A stretch of 64,000 bases of DNA from Halarcobacter sp. (GCA_048571215.1 CP182352.1:1600001-1664000); one strand, 5' to 3'. Positions 1 to 11,300 are shown, counted from the stretch's first letter. Program-made: numbers and translations. The notes: generated by a model not told the origin, from the sequence alone.

Positions 1-2
1 AT

Positions 3-407
3 ATAGCTTCAATAGATAATAAAAAACTAGCAACAAAATTTCTAACTCATATAGCTACAAAAAGTCCTTCTAAAATAATAATAGATGCTAGAATTAACAA
101 TGCCTACATAGGAAAAGAATCAAAAGCAAAAAGATTTGGACACATTCCAAAAGCAATAAATATACCTGCAGATCATAATATCACTACAAATGGTATTCCT
201 AAATTAAAGGATATAAAAGAGCTTGAAAAAACCTATAAAAATCTTGATAAAAATAAAAATATAATTATATACTGTACTATAGGTAGAGTATCTGCATCAA
301 ATTATTTTGCACTTAGGCAACTTGGTTATAATGTTTCTAACTATGATGCTTCTTGGAAAGAGTGGGGAAATGATTTTGACCTACCAATAGTAAAAATATT
401 AGAATAA
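3..407 (+). CDS. Rhodanese/sulfurtransferase, C-terminal part (5' truncated by the window edge)
   Basis: Manual translation from nt 3 gives IIIDAR..YIG..RFGHIPKAINIP, IIIYCTIGRVSA and VSNYDASWKEW, the rhodanese signatures; TAA at 405-407. Confidence 0.85.
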   Translation: MASIDNKKLATKFLTHIATKSPSKIIIDARINNAYIGKESKAKRFGHIPKAINIPADHNITTNGIPKLKDIKELEKTYKNLDKNKNIIIYCTIGRVSASNYFALRQLGYNVSNYDASWKEWGNDFDLPIVKILE

Positions 408-415
408 TAATTTTT

Positions 416-2404
416 ATGTGGAATAAATTTAGTATAAAAATTCAACTAACAGTTTTTATGGTTGTGATTATTAGTGTAGTTGAATTATCAACATTATACT
501 TTGTATATCAATATCAAAAAGAAGAGATAAAAGAAAATTCTCTTTTAGAGATTGATACTATTACAAAATCTTTTAATAACGATCTAATAGAAGTAATTTT
601 AAATCCAAATGCAGATATGGTTTCAGACATAACCTATAGACTTACTGCATTTAAGGAAATAGAAGGTTTACTTCTACTAGATGGGGATAAAAATAGTATT
701 TTTAAATACTCAAATATAGATAAAATAAAAGATATGCAGGAAATAATTTTTTCAAAAAATAGTATTTTTTTAAAAAATCAACTTTTGATTAAAAAACTAA
801 TCATAGCTGAAAACTATACCTTTGGTTATGCTCTTTTTAATATTGATCTAGGTACTTATAAGGAAAAGCAATTAGACACTATTTATACTATTTTGTCTAT
901 TTTCCCTTTTGCCTTAATCTTTGGTTTAATTCTTAGTTGGTTTTTAAGTAGAAGTTACACAAAACCTTTTATTAAACTTATAGATGCTATGAAAAAAAGT
1001 GATCCAACTAGTGACAAAATCACTAAGGTTGAAACCACTGCAAATAATGAAATAAAAGAGTTATTTGATGGATTCAATACCCAAATGAACCAAATAGTAA
1101 GCTCTTCAAATAAACTACAATTTCAAGCTACCCATGACCAATTAACAAATATTTTTAATAGATTTCATATGGAAAATATAATAAATAATTCTTTGAAAAA
1201 ACAAAATAAATATGGATATAACCTTCTATATTTAGACCTTGACCAATTTAAACTTATAAATGACCAAGCAGGTTATCAAGCAGGAGATGAGCTCTTAAAA
1301 ATGGTTGTATTACACTACCAAAATATTTTACCATCAAATGCAATTTTTGCAAGGGTAGATGGAAATGGTTTCATGGTTTTACTTGAAAACTGTTCTTTTG
1401 AAGATGGAAAAATCTTTTTGCAAAAAAGTTTAGAAAAGCTGCAAGATTTTAGATTTTCACACAATAACGAAACATTTAGTGTATCAGCGTCCATCTCTCT
1501 TATATATTTTAAAGCTTTTGAATATACTGTAAAAGAGCTTCTAAAAGCTAGTTCAGTAGCACTTTTCACTGCCAAAGCAAAAGGTAGAAACAAATCCCAT
1601 ATCTATGATAAAGGGGATGAAACTCTAAAAAGAATATCTTTAGAACAACAAAGTGCAAAACTTATAAAAGAAGCCTTAAAAGATGGACCAAGCAAATTTG
1701 AACTTTTTGCACAAGATATAGTACCACTGCAAACTAAGAGTGATAAGATTAGTTATGAGATACTTATTAGAATGTGGGATCAAGATAACAATTTTATCCC
1801 TCCAAATGACTTTTTGCCAGCAGCTGAGAGATATCAACTTATGAGTGAAATTGATGTATATGTTCTTTGGACATATTTAGAAACTGTTACTAAAGATAAA
1901 AAACATATTGAAAAACTTCATTCAGCTCATATAAATCTTGCTGGTTCTAGTTTAAATAACCCAGATTTTCAAGCAAAAGTAAAAGAGGCAATTGAGCATT
2001 TTGATTTTCCTTGGGAAAAACTTGAACTAGAAATCACAGAGAGTTCTGCAATAGGAAGTTTTAATATGGCAAATGAGTTTATCTCATGGCTAAAAGATAA
2101 AAAAATCGGACTTGCACTTGATGATTTTGGAACAGGTATGGCTTCTTTTGAATACTTAAAAAGTATGCCTTTTGATGTTGTAAAAATAGATGGTAGTTTT
2201 GTAAAAGATATGCATAATGATCCTACTGATAAAGCTGTTATAAAATATATTCAAGAGATAGCAACACTAAAAAACCAAGAAACAGTTGCAGAATATGTTG
2301 AAACAAAAGAGGATGTTGAAGAGTTAACTAAAATAGGTGTTACTTATGGACAAGGATATTACTTAGGTAAGCCAAGAGCACTTAGTAGCTGGCTTAGTAA
2401 GTAA
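416..2404 (+). CDS. Membrane-anchored HAMP-GGDEF(degenerate)-EAL protein, probable c-di-GMP phosphodiesterase
   Basis: Two TM segments; GGDEF domain with DGNGF in place of GGDEF; EAL domain with EILIR, ELEITE, DDFGTG and KIDGSF. Confidence 0.9.
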   Translation: MWNKFSIKIQLTVFMVVIISVVELSTLYFVYQYQKEEIKENSLLEIDTITKSFNNDLIEVILNPNADMVSDITYRLTAFKEIEGLLLLDGDKNSIFKYSNIDKIKDMQEIIFSKNSIFLKNQLLIKKLIIAENYTFGYALFNIDLGTYKEKQLDTIYTILSIFPFALIFGLILSWFLSRSYTKPFIKLIDAMKKSDPTSDKITKVETTANNEIKELFDGFNTQMNQIVSSSNKLQFQATHDQLTNIFNRFHMENIINNSLKKQNKYGYNLLYLDLDQFKLINDQAGYQAGDELLKMVVLHYQNILPSNAIFARVDGNGFMVLLENCSFEDGKIFLQKSLEKLQDFRFSHNNETFSVSASISLIYFKAFEYTVKELLKASSVALFTAKAKGRNKSHIYDKGDETLKRISLEQQSAKLIKEALKDGPSKFELFAQDIVPLQTKSDKISYEILIRMWDQDNNFIPPNDFLPAAERYQLMSEIDVYVLWTYLETVTKDKKHIEKLHSAHINLAGSSLNNPDFQAKVKEAIEHFDFPWEKLELEITESSAIGSFNMANEFISWLKDKKIGLALDDFGTGMASFEYLKSMPFDVVKIDGSFVKDMHNDPTDKAVIKYIQEIATLKNQETVAEYVETKEDVEELTKIGVTYGQGYYLGKPRALSSWLSK

Positions 2405-2420
2405 ATAAACTTATTCAAGT

Positions 2421-3302
2421 CTACTCTTTAGTCAAAAGAATAATAGTTGCAATTGTAGAGATAACAATACCAGCTAAAACCTTTAAACCAATAAACTCAC
2501 CTTCAAAAATAAAAAGTAAAAATGCAATAGCAGCTGGGTTTAGATAAACATAAGCCATAACCTTTTTGGGACCTATACTTATAGCTGCTTGTTGATATAA
2601 ATAAACAGTAAGTAAAGTTGCTCCTATTATCAAATAAAGCATATAATAAAACAAACTACCACTTAGTTTTTCCCATTGTAAAGATATATCCATAATACCA
2701 ACAGCCAAGCCCATCCAAATAATTCCGCTAGTGATAGTGCAATATACTAAAACAATTAACTCATCATCATCTCTGTGTAAAAGCTTTGTACTAATAGAAT
2801 ATAAAGCCATAGAAACAATTGCAAAAAGAAATATAATATCACCTTGGCTTAGTGAAAACTTCAAAAAAAGTTGCAAATCACCTTTAAACACTACAATGCA
2901 AGTTCCAATAATCCCCACAAGATAAGTAATCAACTGAACAAACCCGATCTTTTGTTTTAATAAAAAGATTGCAAAAACTGCAGTAAGAAGAGGAACTAAA
3001 GTGAAAAGTGTACCTGTATTAAGTGCTGTAGTACTCTCTAAAGCCTTAAAAAGTCCAATAAAATACAAAGAGTAAAAAAGCCCTATTATTAAACCTCTTG
3101 GAAATGTCTTTAAAACCTTGTTTCGGTAATTTTTATTAAAAAAAATCACTGGTGCTAAAATAAGTGAAGCAAAAACAAAACGACATAAAGTAAGGGAGAT
3201 GGGATCAATAACTCCTGATAACTTTTGCGAAGCGATAAAGGAACCAGCTATTAAAAATGTAGCTAATACTACTAAAAAATGTGCTTTTATATGTGAAGTC
3301 AA
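2421..3302 (-). CDS. DMT/EamA family transporter
   Basis: About 10 hydrophobic TM segments in an EamA duplicated pattern; TTG start. Confidence 0.85.
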   Translation of the reverse strand: MTSHIKAHFLVVLATFLIAGSFIASQKLSGVIDPISLTLCRFVFASLILAPVIFFNKNYRNKVLKTFPRGLIIGLFYSLYFIGLFKALESTTALNTGTLFTLVPLLTAVFAIFLLKQKIGFVQLITYLVGIIGTCIVVFKGDLQLFLKFSLSQGDIIFLFAIVSMALYSISTKLLHRDDDELIVLVYCTITSGIIWMGLAVGIMDISLQWEKLSGSLFYYMLYLIIGATLLTVYLYQQAAISIGPKKVMAYVYLNPAAIAFLLFIFEGEFIGLKVLAGIVISTIATIILLTKE

Positions 3303-3604
3303 AAAAATCCTTTAGAAAATATTTTAGTATTCTAATAAAAAAAATTTAATTAATCCTTTACATATGTTGATTTAATTTTTAAATTCAGATAGACTCATCC
3401 AATAAACGCGTATTTTACTACTCAAAACTCGCTTCTTAGGTTTGATACCCCGTTACTTATATGAAATTAAATTTTCATATATCTGAAACAGAGCAAAATA
3501 AAATAAACAGACCAATCTTCGAAACTAAAAATTCGTCCACCAAGTCATATTTATTAAGTTTTTCATAAAAGGAAATTTAGATATGAACACATTTAAAAAT
3601 GTAA

Positions 3605-4168
3605 ATGCCTGAATTTATAATTGAATACCCCTATATATTAGCGCTATTTATCTTTTTAGCCAGAGTTGCCGATGTATCTTTAGGAACATTTCGTACTATA
3701 GTTATATTTCGTGGATATAAACTACTTGCATCTTTAATTGGTTTTTTTGAAATCATCATTTGGTTAATAGCTGCTGGTCAAGTTTTCAAAAATCTTGATC
3801 AATGGCATCTTGCCCTTTCATATTCAGCAGGTTTTGCAACAGGAATATACGTTGGAATGTGGATTGAGAATCGTTTTGCAATAGGTAATGAACTTATTCG
3901 TTGCATCTCATTCAATCGTGATATCTTGGCAAAAAAGATAAGAGATGAAGGCTTTAAAGTAGTTTCACTGGATGGAGATATGGGTAAAGATACAGCAGTT
4001 GAAGTTCTATTTATCGTTGAAAAAAGACGTAATATACCAGCACTTATTCGATTGATCAATAATCTTGACCAAAAAGCAGTCTATACTGTATCTGATTTAA
4101 AAAGTGTTTATGATGGTCCAGAATATATAAGCAAAAAAAGTTTTTGGAATATGAGAAGGACTAAATAA
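3605..4168 (+). CDS. DUF2179/DUF5698 (UPF0316-like) membrane protein
   Basis: IFLARVADVSLGTFRTI...GFFEIIIW...YSAGFATG pattern followed by a soluble C-terminal domain. Confidence 0.8.
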   Translation: MPEFIIEYPYILALFIFLARVADVSLGTFRTIVIFRGYKLLASLIGFFEIIIWLIAAGQVFKNLDQWHLALSYSAGFATGIYVGMWIENRFAIGNELIRCISFNRDILAKKIRDEGFKVVSLDGDMGKDTAVEVLFIVEKRRNIPALIRLINNLDQKAVYTVSDLKSVYDGPEYISKKSFWNMRRTK

Positions 4169-4194
4169 TGATTCAATTAAAAGGAAATCAAACC

Positions 4195-5373
4195 ATGCAT
4201 AAGTTAAAAGTAGGAGTTATTGGAACTTCAAAGAAAGTAGATGAGAAAAGGCTTCCAATACACCCCAAACATTTAGATCGTATTCCAAAAGAATTAAGAG
4301 AACAACTCATATTTGAAGAGGGTTATGGCTCACCCTTTGGTATTTCAGATGAAGAGATTGCAGCACAAACTGGTGGAATCGACACACGACATAATCTATT
4401 AGCAAATATAGGCACTGTTATTATTAATAAGCCTGTATTATCTGATTTAGAGGAACTAAAAGTTGGGGGAACACTTTGGGGATATGTACATTGTGTACAA
4501 CAAGAAGAGATAACCCAAATAGCAATTAAACGTAAACAAACACTTATTGCTTTTGAAGATATGTTTGTTTGGTCACCAGAAGGACAAATTGGTCGTCATA
4601 CCTTTTATAAAAACAATGAAATGGCTGGATATTGTGCTGTAATACATGCCTTACAACTAAAAGGGATAGATGGACACTATGGAAACCAAAGAAAAATACT
4701 TATTTTTGGTTTTGGTGCAGTTAGTCGTGGTGCAATTTATGCTCTAAAAGCCCATGGTTTTAGAGATATTACTATTTGTATTCAACGACCAGACCATGAG
4801 GTTAGAGAAGAGGTACTTGATTGTCATTATGTAAGAGTTCAAAAAGGAGAGAATAAACAAGCAAGGATGGTAGTAATAGAACATGATGGCTCAATACATC
4901 CACTCTCAGAACTTATTAGCAAAGCAGATATTATTGTAAATGGAGTTTTTCAAGATACACAAAACCCTACAGATTTTATCATAAAAGGAGAAAGCTCTTT
5001 TCTTAGACCTGATAGTTTAATCATAGATATCAGTTGTGATGAAGGGATGGGATTCTTTTTTTCAAAACCCACAACATTTAAAAACCCTATGTTTAAACAT
5101 AAGAGTATAGATTATTATGCTGTTGATCATACACCAAGTTATCTTTGGGAGAGTGCAACCCGCTCAATTTCAGCTGCATTGATTGTATATTTGCCAACGG
5201 TATTAGCAGGTCCTGAAGCTTGGAATAAAGATGAAACTATTAGACAAGCTATAAATATTGATTTGGGTGTTATTTTAAATAAATCTATTTTAACATTTCA
5301 AAACCGTGATGAAAAGTATCCTCATAAATGTTTTACAATAGAAGAAAATGCTGTTGTAAACCATATCGCCTAA
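4195..5373 (+). CDS. ceo: N5-(carboxyethyl)ornithine synthase-like protein (AlaDH/PNT superfamily)
   Basis: EKRLPIHP, FEEGYG, WGYVHCVQ, NNEMAGY, GFGAVSRGA and YAVDHTPS motifs. SD AAAGGA favours ATG 4195; an alternative ATG is at 4168. Confidence 0.8.
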   Translation: MHKLKVGVIGTSKKVDEKRLPIHPKHLDRIPKELREQLIFEEGYGSPFGISDEEIAAQTGGIDTRHNLLANIGTVIINKPVLSDLEELKVGGTLWGYVHCVQQEEITQIAIKRKQTLIAFEDMFVWSPEGQIGRHTFYKNNEMAGYCAVIHALQLKGIDGHYGNQRKILIFGFGAVSRGAIYALKAHGFRDITICIQRPDHEVREEVLDCHYVRVQKGENKQARMVVIEHDGSIHPLSELISKADIIVNGVFQDTQNPTDFIIKGESSFLRPDSLIIDISCDEGMGFFFSKPTTFKNPMFKHKSIDYYAVDHTPSYLWESATRSISAALIVYLPTVLAGPEAWNKDETIRQAINIDLGVILNKSILTFQNRDEKYPHKCFTIEENAVVNHIA

Positions 5374-5376
5374 ACA

Positions 5377-5404
5377 AAAAAAGATAGTTTAAACTATCTT
5401 TTTT
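5377..5404. terminator. Perfect 28-bp palindrome, probable bidirectional terminator between convergent genes
   Basis: AAAAAAGATAGTTTAAACTATCTTTTTT, overlapping the Crp gene stop. Confidence 0.6.
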
Positions 5405-5988
5405 CTGATTCTACTTAATTGAGTAGGAGTTATACCTAAATGATTAGCTATGTGATGTAAAGCTATTCTTTTTTCTATATTTGGATTATTTTTTAAAAAA
5501 TTTTTATATCTAGTTTGTGCATCATCAAGGATTATTGATATTTCATTTTTTTCTTTTACAATTACCCAGTTTTTTTCCAAATAGTTTATATAGAAATTTT
5601 TAAATTCATCATTTTTATCTACTAGCACTTTATAGGCTTTGAAATCTATAAAAATAAGTATACAATCCTCTAAAGCATCAATACTAAGATAAGAATCCTC
5701 ATTTGTAAGTAAAGAAACCTTTGAAGCTGAAAAATAGTTTTCACTAAATAGATTTTTAGTATAAATAGCGCCCTCTTCGTTTAAAAAATAGGTTCTTAAA
5801 ATACCTTTACAAATAAAATATATATATTTTGCTGGGGAATAAACATCTTGTAAAACTTCCCCTTTTTTTACCTTTTTTATAAAACAAATATCTTTAAAAG
5901 CTAAAAAAGCCTCATCACTAAAATCATGATACTCTTTACATACAACTCTTAGTTGATTATAATAAAACTCTTCATCTATATTATTCAT
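5389..5988 (-). CDS. Crp/Fnr family transcriptional regulator
   Basis: cNMP-binding domain (YFICKGILR..SIDALED) and C-terminal HTH IANHLGITPTQLSRIRK. Confidence 0.88.
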   Translation of the reverse strand: MNNIDEEFYYNQLRVVCKEYHDFSDEAFLAFKDICFIKKVKKGEVLQDVYSPAKYIYFICKGILRTYFLNEEGAIYTKNLFSENYFSASKVSLLTNEDSYLSIDALEDCILIFIDFKAYKVLVDKNDEFKNFYINYLEKNWVIVKEKNEISIILDDAQTRYKNFLKNNPNIEKRIALHHIANHLGITPTQLSRIRKKIV

Positions 5989-6043
5989 TGTTTACTCATG
6001 TGATTTTTTATTTAATACTACGCAAGTTTTACTAAATATAAAA

Positions 6044-8374
6044 CTATTCTAGGGTAGCTATTTCTACTTTTATTTTTCTAGAACTACTTAAACCTTTTTC
6101 ATCAACTACTCTTACTACAAACTCTCCAAGTCTTGGTTTCCAAAAGAAAGGTTTGTTTGATTGGCTAGTACCTACAAAAGATTTATTTACATACCAAAAC
6201 GCCTTATAGGAATCCCCATCTAAAATAGCTGTAAAAGGGATTGTAGTATTTTCTATTTTATCAAGTTCAAGTGTGTATATTAAGCCCTCTGTAGGTGATT
6301 TAATAATTGGTTCTAAACTTTTTTGAGTGTTTTTTGTACATCCACTTTCATATGGAGGTGGACTTATTTTTTCTATTCCAGCCATTTGAAAAATCTCTTT
6401 TATATCACTTGGCCAAAACTCAAAAACTTTCATTTTTGTTTTTCCTTTTTCTGCCTTGCAAGCCCTTAGACCTGATTTTATATTTATTGGAATTTCCCTA
6501 TAAACATTTGAAACTTTTATGGGTGATACTCCTGGAATAAACCAAGACTTTTTAACTTTTGGGCATAATTTACTAGGAAGAGTTCCTGTACTAGAACAAA
6601 TATCTACTTTTTTTATATTAAGTTTTTCAGGGGACTTATCATTTTCAAACACATCTTTTTCATCTAATGCTTTCATTATATTAAAAAACAATGGGGCTGC
6701 AACTTCACGTCCAATAAAGTTTGCATTTGAACTTCCATCAAAATTCCCTATCCATACAACTAAGATGTGTTTATTTCCAAGTCCTACACTTAAAGCATCC
6801 CTATAGGCAAATGATGTTCCAGTTTTCCAAGCATACTTTTGCTCTTTTTTGTGTAATCCAATAAAATCTATTTTATTTACTGCTGGATTTTGGCGAAGCA
6901 TATCAAGGGTTAAGTATGAACTCTCCTTTGAAAGTAGTCTTTTTTTTGTTTGGTTTTTATCATCTTTTACCATTTTGATGTCTTTTAACTCTCCCCCATT
7001 TGCTAAAATACCATAAAGCTTTCCTAACTCAAGTAGTGTAGTTTCCATTCCACCAAGAGCAATAGACATTCCATAATGGGAAGATTCTTTCATCTTTGAT
7101 ATTCCTGCATTTTGTAAAAAGCTATAAAAACTTGGATTTTGAAGTTTTGAAGCTAAACGAACTGCTGGTACATTTCTACTAGTTATAAGTGCCTTTGTTG
7201 CACTAATAGGTCCTAAAAAAACACGATCATAGTTTTCAGGAGTATAGGCTCTTAGATGCAAAGGTGTGTCTTTTAATAAACTATTTGGATGAATAAGACT
7301 TTGATCCATAGCTTGGGCATAAACAAATGGTTTAAGGGTTGAACCTGGTGAACGTTTAGCTGTTACTCCATCAACTTGACCAGATATCTCTTTATTGTAA
7401 AAATCAGCTGATCCAAGCCAAGCTTTGACCTCCATACTATTTTTATCAAGAAGAAGAACAGCAGCGTTTAAAAGCCCTTTTGTTTTATTTTTATTTATCC
7501 ACTTTTTTACCTCTTTTTCAATGATATTTTGTTTATTCATATCTAAAGTTGTTTCAATCACTCCAGATTTAAATCTATCTGCTTCAAGATAATCTATAAA
7601 GTGAGCAGCATAAAAAGGGGTATCATCTCTTGTATATATATTTAAAGCTAGATTCATCCAAATATCACTATTTTCCCTCTCTTTTTTGGTTAATCTCTCT
7701 TTATAAATCTCATATAAATCATCTCTTGCCTTAATCATATTTTTATAGCTACTTTTATTTAGTGGATTTCTTTTTGTGGGATTTTGTGGAATAACAACAA
7801 GGCTTAAAGCTTGTGGAATATTAAGTTGGGATGCTTTTTTATGAAAATAAACTTGACTTGCTGCTTCAATACCTTCAATATTTGCCCCATAAGAAACACT
7901 ATTAAAATAAAACTCTAAAATTTCTTGTTTTGTATAATGATGCTCTAACCATAAAGCATAAAATATCTGTTGTATTTTTCCTGATAACTTATAAGATTGT
8001 AAATTAAAAGCTACCTTTGCAACTTGCATTGTAATAGTTGATGCACCAATACGTCTCTCTTTTGTAATATAAGTTGAAACAAAAGCACGCCAAAGTGCAG
8101 CAAAATTTACTCCAGGATGGGAATAAAAATACTTATCTTCATATAAAAGAGTTGCATCGATTACATGCTTTGATATACTCTTATAAGGGATCCACAATCG
8201 ATACTTTTCATCATCTGAAAGGGTAAGTCTTAGAACCTTACCATTAGCATCTTTGTAAAGTGTTGAGTAAGTATGCCAAGATAGTATTTTTTTATCAGGA
8301 TTTTGGCTAAATTTATATATAAAATATCCTCCAAAAAAAAGGAGGATAAAGAGCGATAAAATTAGTTTTTTCAA
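6044..8374 (-). CDS. pbpC: Penicillin-binding protein 1C
   Basis: Transglycosylase motifs EDKYFYSHPG and GASTITMQVAK; transpeptidase STLK, SRN and KTG; directly downstream of alpha-2-macroglobulin. Confidence 0.93.
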   Translation of the reverse strand: MKKLILSLFILLFFGGYFIYKFSQNPDKKILSWHTYSTLYKDANGKVLRLTLSDDEKYRLWIPYKSISKHVIDATLLYEDKYFYSHPGVNFAALWRAFVSTYITKERRIGASTITMQVAKVAFNLQSYKLSGKIQQIFYALWLEHHYTKQEILEFYFNSVSYGANIEGIEAASQVYFHKKASQLNIPQALSLVVIPQNPTKRNPLNKSSYKNMIKARDDLYEIYKERLTKKERENSDIWMNLALNIYTRDDTPFYAAHFIDYLEADRFKSGVIETTLDMNKQNIIEKEVKKWINKNKTKGLLNAAVLLLDKNSMEVKAWLGSADFYNKEISGQVDGVTAKRSPGSTLKPFVYAQAMDQSLIHPNSLLKDTPLHLRAYTPENYDRVFLGPISATKALITSRNVPAVRLASKLQNPSFYSFLQNAGISKMKESSHYGMSIALGGMETTLLELGKLYGILANGGELKDIKMVKDDKNQTKKRLLSKESSYLTLDMLRQNPAVNKIDFIGLHKKEQKYAWKTGTSFAYRDALSVGLGNKHILVVWIGNFDGSSNANFIGREVAAPLFFNIMKALDEKDVFENDKSPEKLNIKKVDICSSTGTLPSKLCPKVKKSWFIPGVSPIKVSNVYREIPINIKSGLRACKAEKGKTKMKVFEFWPSDIKEIFQMAGIEKISPPPYESGCTKNTQKSLEPIIKSPTEGLIYTLELDKIENTTIPFTAILDGDSYKAFWYVNKSFVGTSQSNKPFFWKPRLGEFVVRVVDEKGLSSSRKIKVEIATLE

Positions 8375-8377
8375 ATA

Positions 8378-11300
8378 CTATTTACTTGTAATTACTTTTA
8401 TTTTTGACGCAGCTGTATGTGATACAATATCTGGGTCATACATAGAAACAGCCAAAGCAGATGGAACAGTAAACTCACCAGCAGCAGTAGCTTTAACCTT
8501 ATAACGAAGTTCTGTCATCTTATTAGAAAAGCCAGCATAAAAAACAACACGATCTTCTCGTACATCAACATAATCAGATCTCCAATATGAATTTTTTCTT
8601 GGTACAGATTCTCTAATAACTTCAAATCCACCAGGAAGAAGGTCAATAAGAGCTACATTTGCTATATAAGATTTTTCTGTTGAACGAACCTTTATAATAA
8701 CTTCTATTTCATCACCTTGTTTTACTTCATTTACAATATTTCCTTTTTTATCAACATACTCTTTAAATATCTCAATACCCTTTGAAAATGGTTTTGAATA
8801 AGGAGTTTTATCATAACCTGACTGTACCAATTGATAAAATAAAGGTGATTTTGACTCTATTGTTAATTCTGGTTCATCTAAAGGAATATTTGCTTGCATA
8901 AAAGGTTTAATTTTTGTTTTTGGTAGTGCAATTTTTTTCTTAGCCACAACAAAAAACTCTAACTCATCTTTTCCATATTTATTATCATTTTTATTTGAAT
9001 AAGCACTTAAAGCAAGTGTAGTATAAGAAGCTGAAATAGTATTTAACTTCCCTTCAATAAGAGGTTGTAAAAGAGGCATAATATTCTCATCAACATCTAG
9101 CTCAATATTTGGAAAATGTGTTGCAACTAAATAAATATATTGTGCATTCATGGTTAGATTAGATTGAAAATCTGTGTATCCTGAAGCATATGAAGGATCA
9201 AACTCTTTTATCAATTTATCTGCTATCTTATTTTTTTTCAACAAAATATAAGAAGCTGCCATATATGCAGAAGTGATATCTTTTTCCCAATTTGTTTTGG
9301 TTTTTTGAAGTTCATCATGTAAATCAATAAGATAATTTGTTGCAAGCTCCTCATTTCGGATTAGAAGATAAATAGCTAATGCTCTACGACGAGATTCTTC
9401 TATGGAACTAGTACTTTTTCTTGCAATTTTACGAAGATAATCCATACCACCATCATATAAGTTTTTTGGCATTTTAGATAAAAGTGCATTGTTTTTTAAT
9501 TCTGTTAAAAAATGCATTGCATAAAGGGAAGCAAAATCATTAACATAATCAGAAGATGGCCAGAGAGCAAATCCACCATTGCTTAATTGTCTAGTTTGAA
9601 GCATAGAGATAACCCTATTTACTTTTGAATCAATATTGATATCTTCATATTTTGATGATTTAACTAGTGCTAGCCAAGGAAAGGTTTGAGAAATAATCTG
9701 CTCAGTACATCCATGGGGATAAGAGCTAAGATAATCTGTCAATCCACTAGCTAAAACAAAAGGTGAATTTGATGCGCTAAGTGTTTTGCTTGCCAATTGG
9801 GGATAAAGTGTTCTATCTGATTTTATAATACCAATATCTTTTTTGTATCCTGTTTTAACTATCGTCTCATAATTTTGTGCAGGTCTGATACTCAAAGTTG
9901 CACTTCGTGTTTGGAAATAATTTCCACTTTTAGCCATAAAAGAAATTTTCCCTTCACCTAAAGAGTCTTTAGCTTTAATTTTAAAAGTTACTTTATCTTC
10001 ATCCCCTTCAGAGATATTTTTAGTAATCATTTTTTGTGAAATAAGTTCTAGATTATCACTTAAATCAATAGAGATATCAATAGGAAGCTCTTTGCCACTA
10101 CCTTCTATAGAATTACTTACACCAACAGTTACTTCAAACTCATCATTAGGTGCAGCCATTGTAAGTACATTTAGAGATAAAACAAAAGGACCACGAACTA
10201 AAGTTTTTGTAAAGCTAGAACCCATAGCTTCATTGCTAACTGCCACAGCCATAACTTTTAATGAACCACTAAAGGTGTCAGGAACAATAAAACTTGTCTC
10301 TTTTTCATTGACATTTGCATCCATAATTCCAGACCAATATACAGCTGGTTTATCAAGTGTACGTTGAAAAGGATTTAGATTTGCTCCTAATGCCTCTTCC
10401 ATAGCTTGAGTACCACCACCAATACCTGCTGCTTCAATATAACGACTAAATTCAGGCAAGATAAGATCCAACATCTGATATGTTTGAACATCTAGTGCTC
10501 TTTTTTTTAGAAAATGTTTTAAAGGCTCAGGAAGCTTATATTTTGCCACTTGAAGAATCCCTTCATCAATAGCATAAACAATAATTTTTGATTTTCTATC
10601 TGCTTTATATTTAATATTTAGTTTTTCACCCGGTTTTATGATTTTTGGAGTATTTAAATCTATTTTAATACGACGTTTGTCTTTATTTATATTAAACGGT
10701 ACGATTGCATATGATAAAGGTGAAGTAAATATCTCCTTTGAGTTAATAGAGCGAACAAAGGTTACATTAACATAGGCATTTCCCTCTAAACCTTCAGGAA
10801 GTCTAATCTTTTGAATTGAACTCTTAGTTGTGCTTGTAAACCATTTATGGGCATAAACATCATCACTTTCAATAGTGATAAGTCCTGTTCCAATATATGG
10901 AGAAACTATATTCATCTCAATCATTTCTCCAGTTTTATAAGTCTTTTTATCTAATTTTACAGATAATTCAGCATTTTTTTCTATTGCACCTGTCATATTA
11001 CTTTTTACCGCAATATGATAATCTATACTAGAAAGAAGTTTCCCCTTAGAATCTAAAATATTAAGTGTATAATTACCACCTTTTTGTGTATCTAGTTTAA
11101 TCTTTGTACCACTTACTTCAATAGAAAACTCTTTAGTTGATAAGGTATTCTTTTTGATTACTGTTTCATATCTATATCGACCATCTTTTTGTTTTGTTAA
11201 AACTGATAGATTTTGGTTTTCAAGTAGTTCTAATTTTAAATTTTTTAGATTTATCTTATTTAATTTTGAATCAACAACAATAAAATCAAGAGTTCTATCT

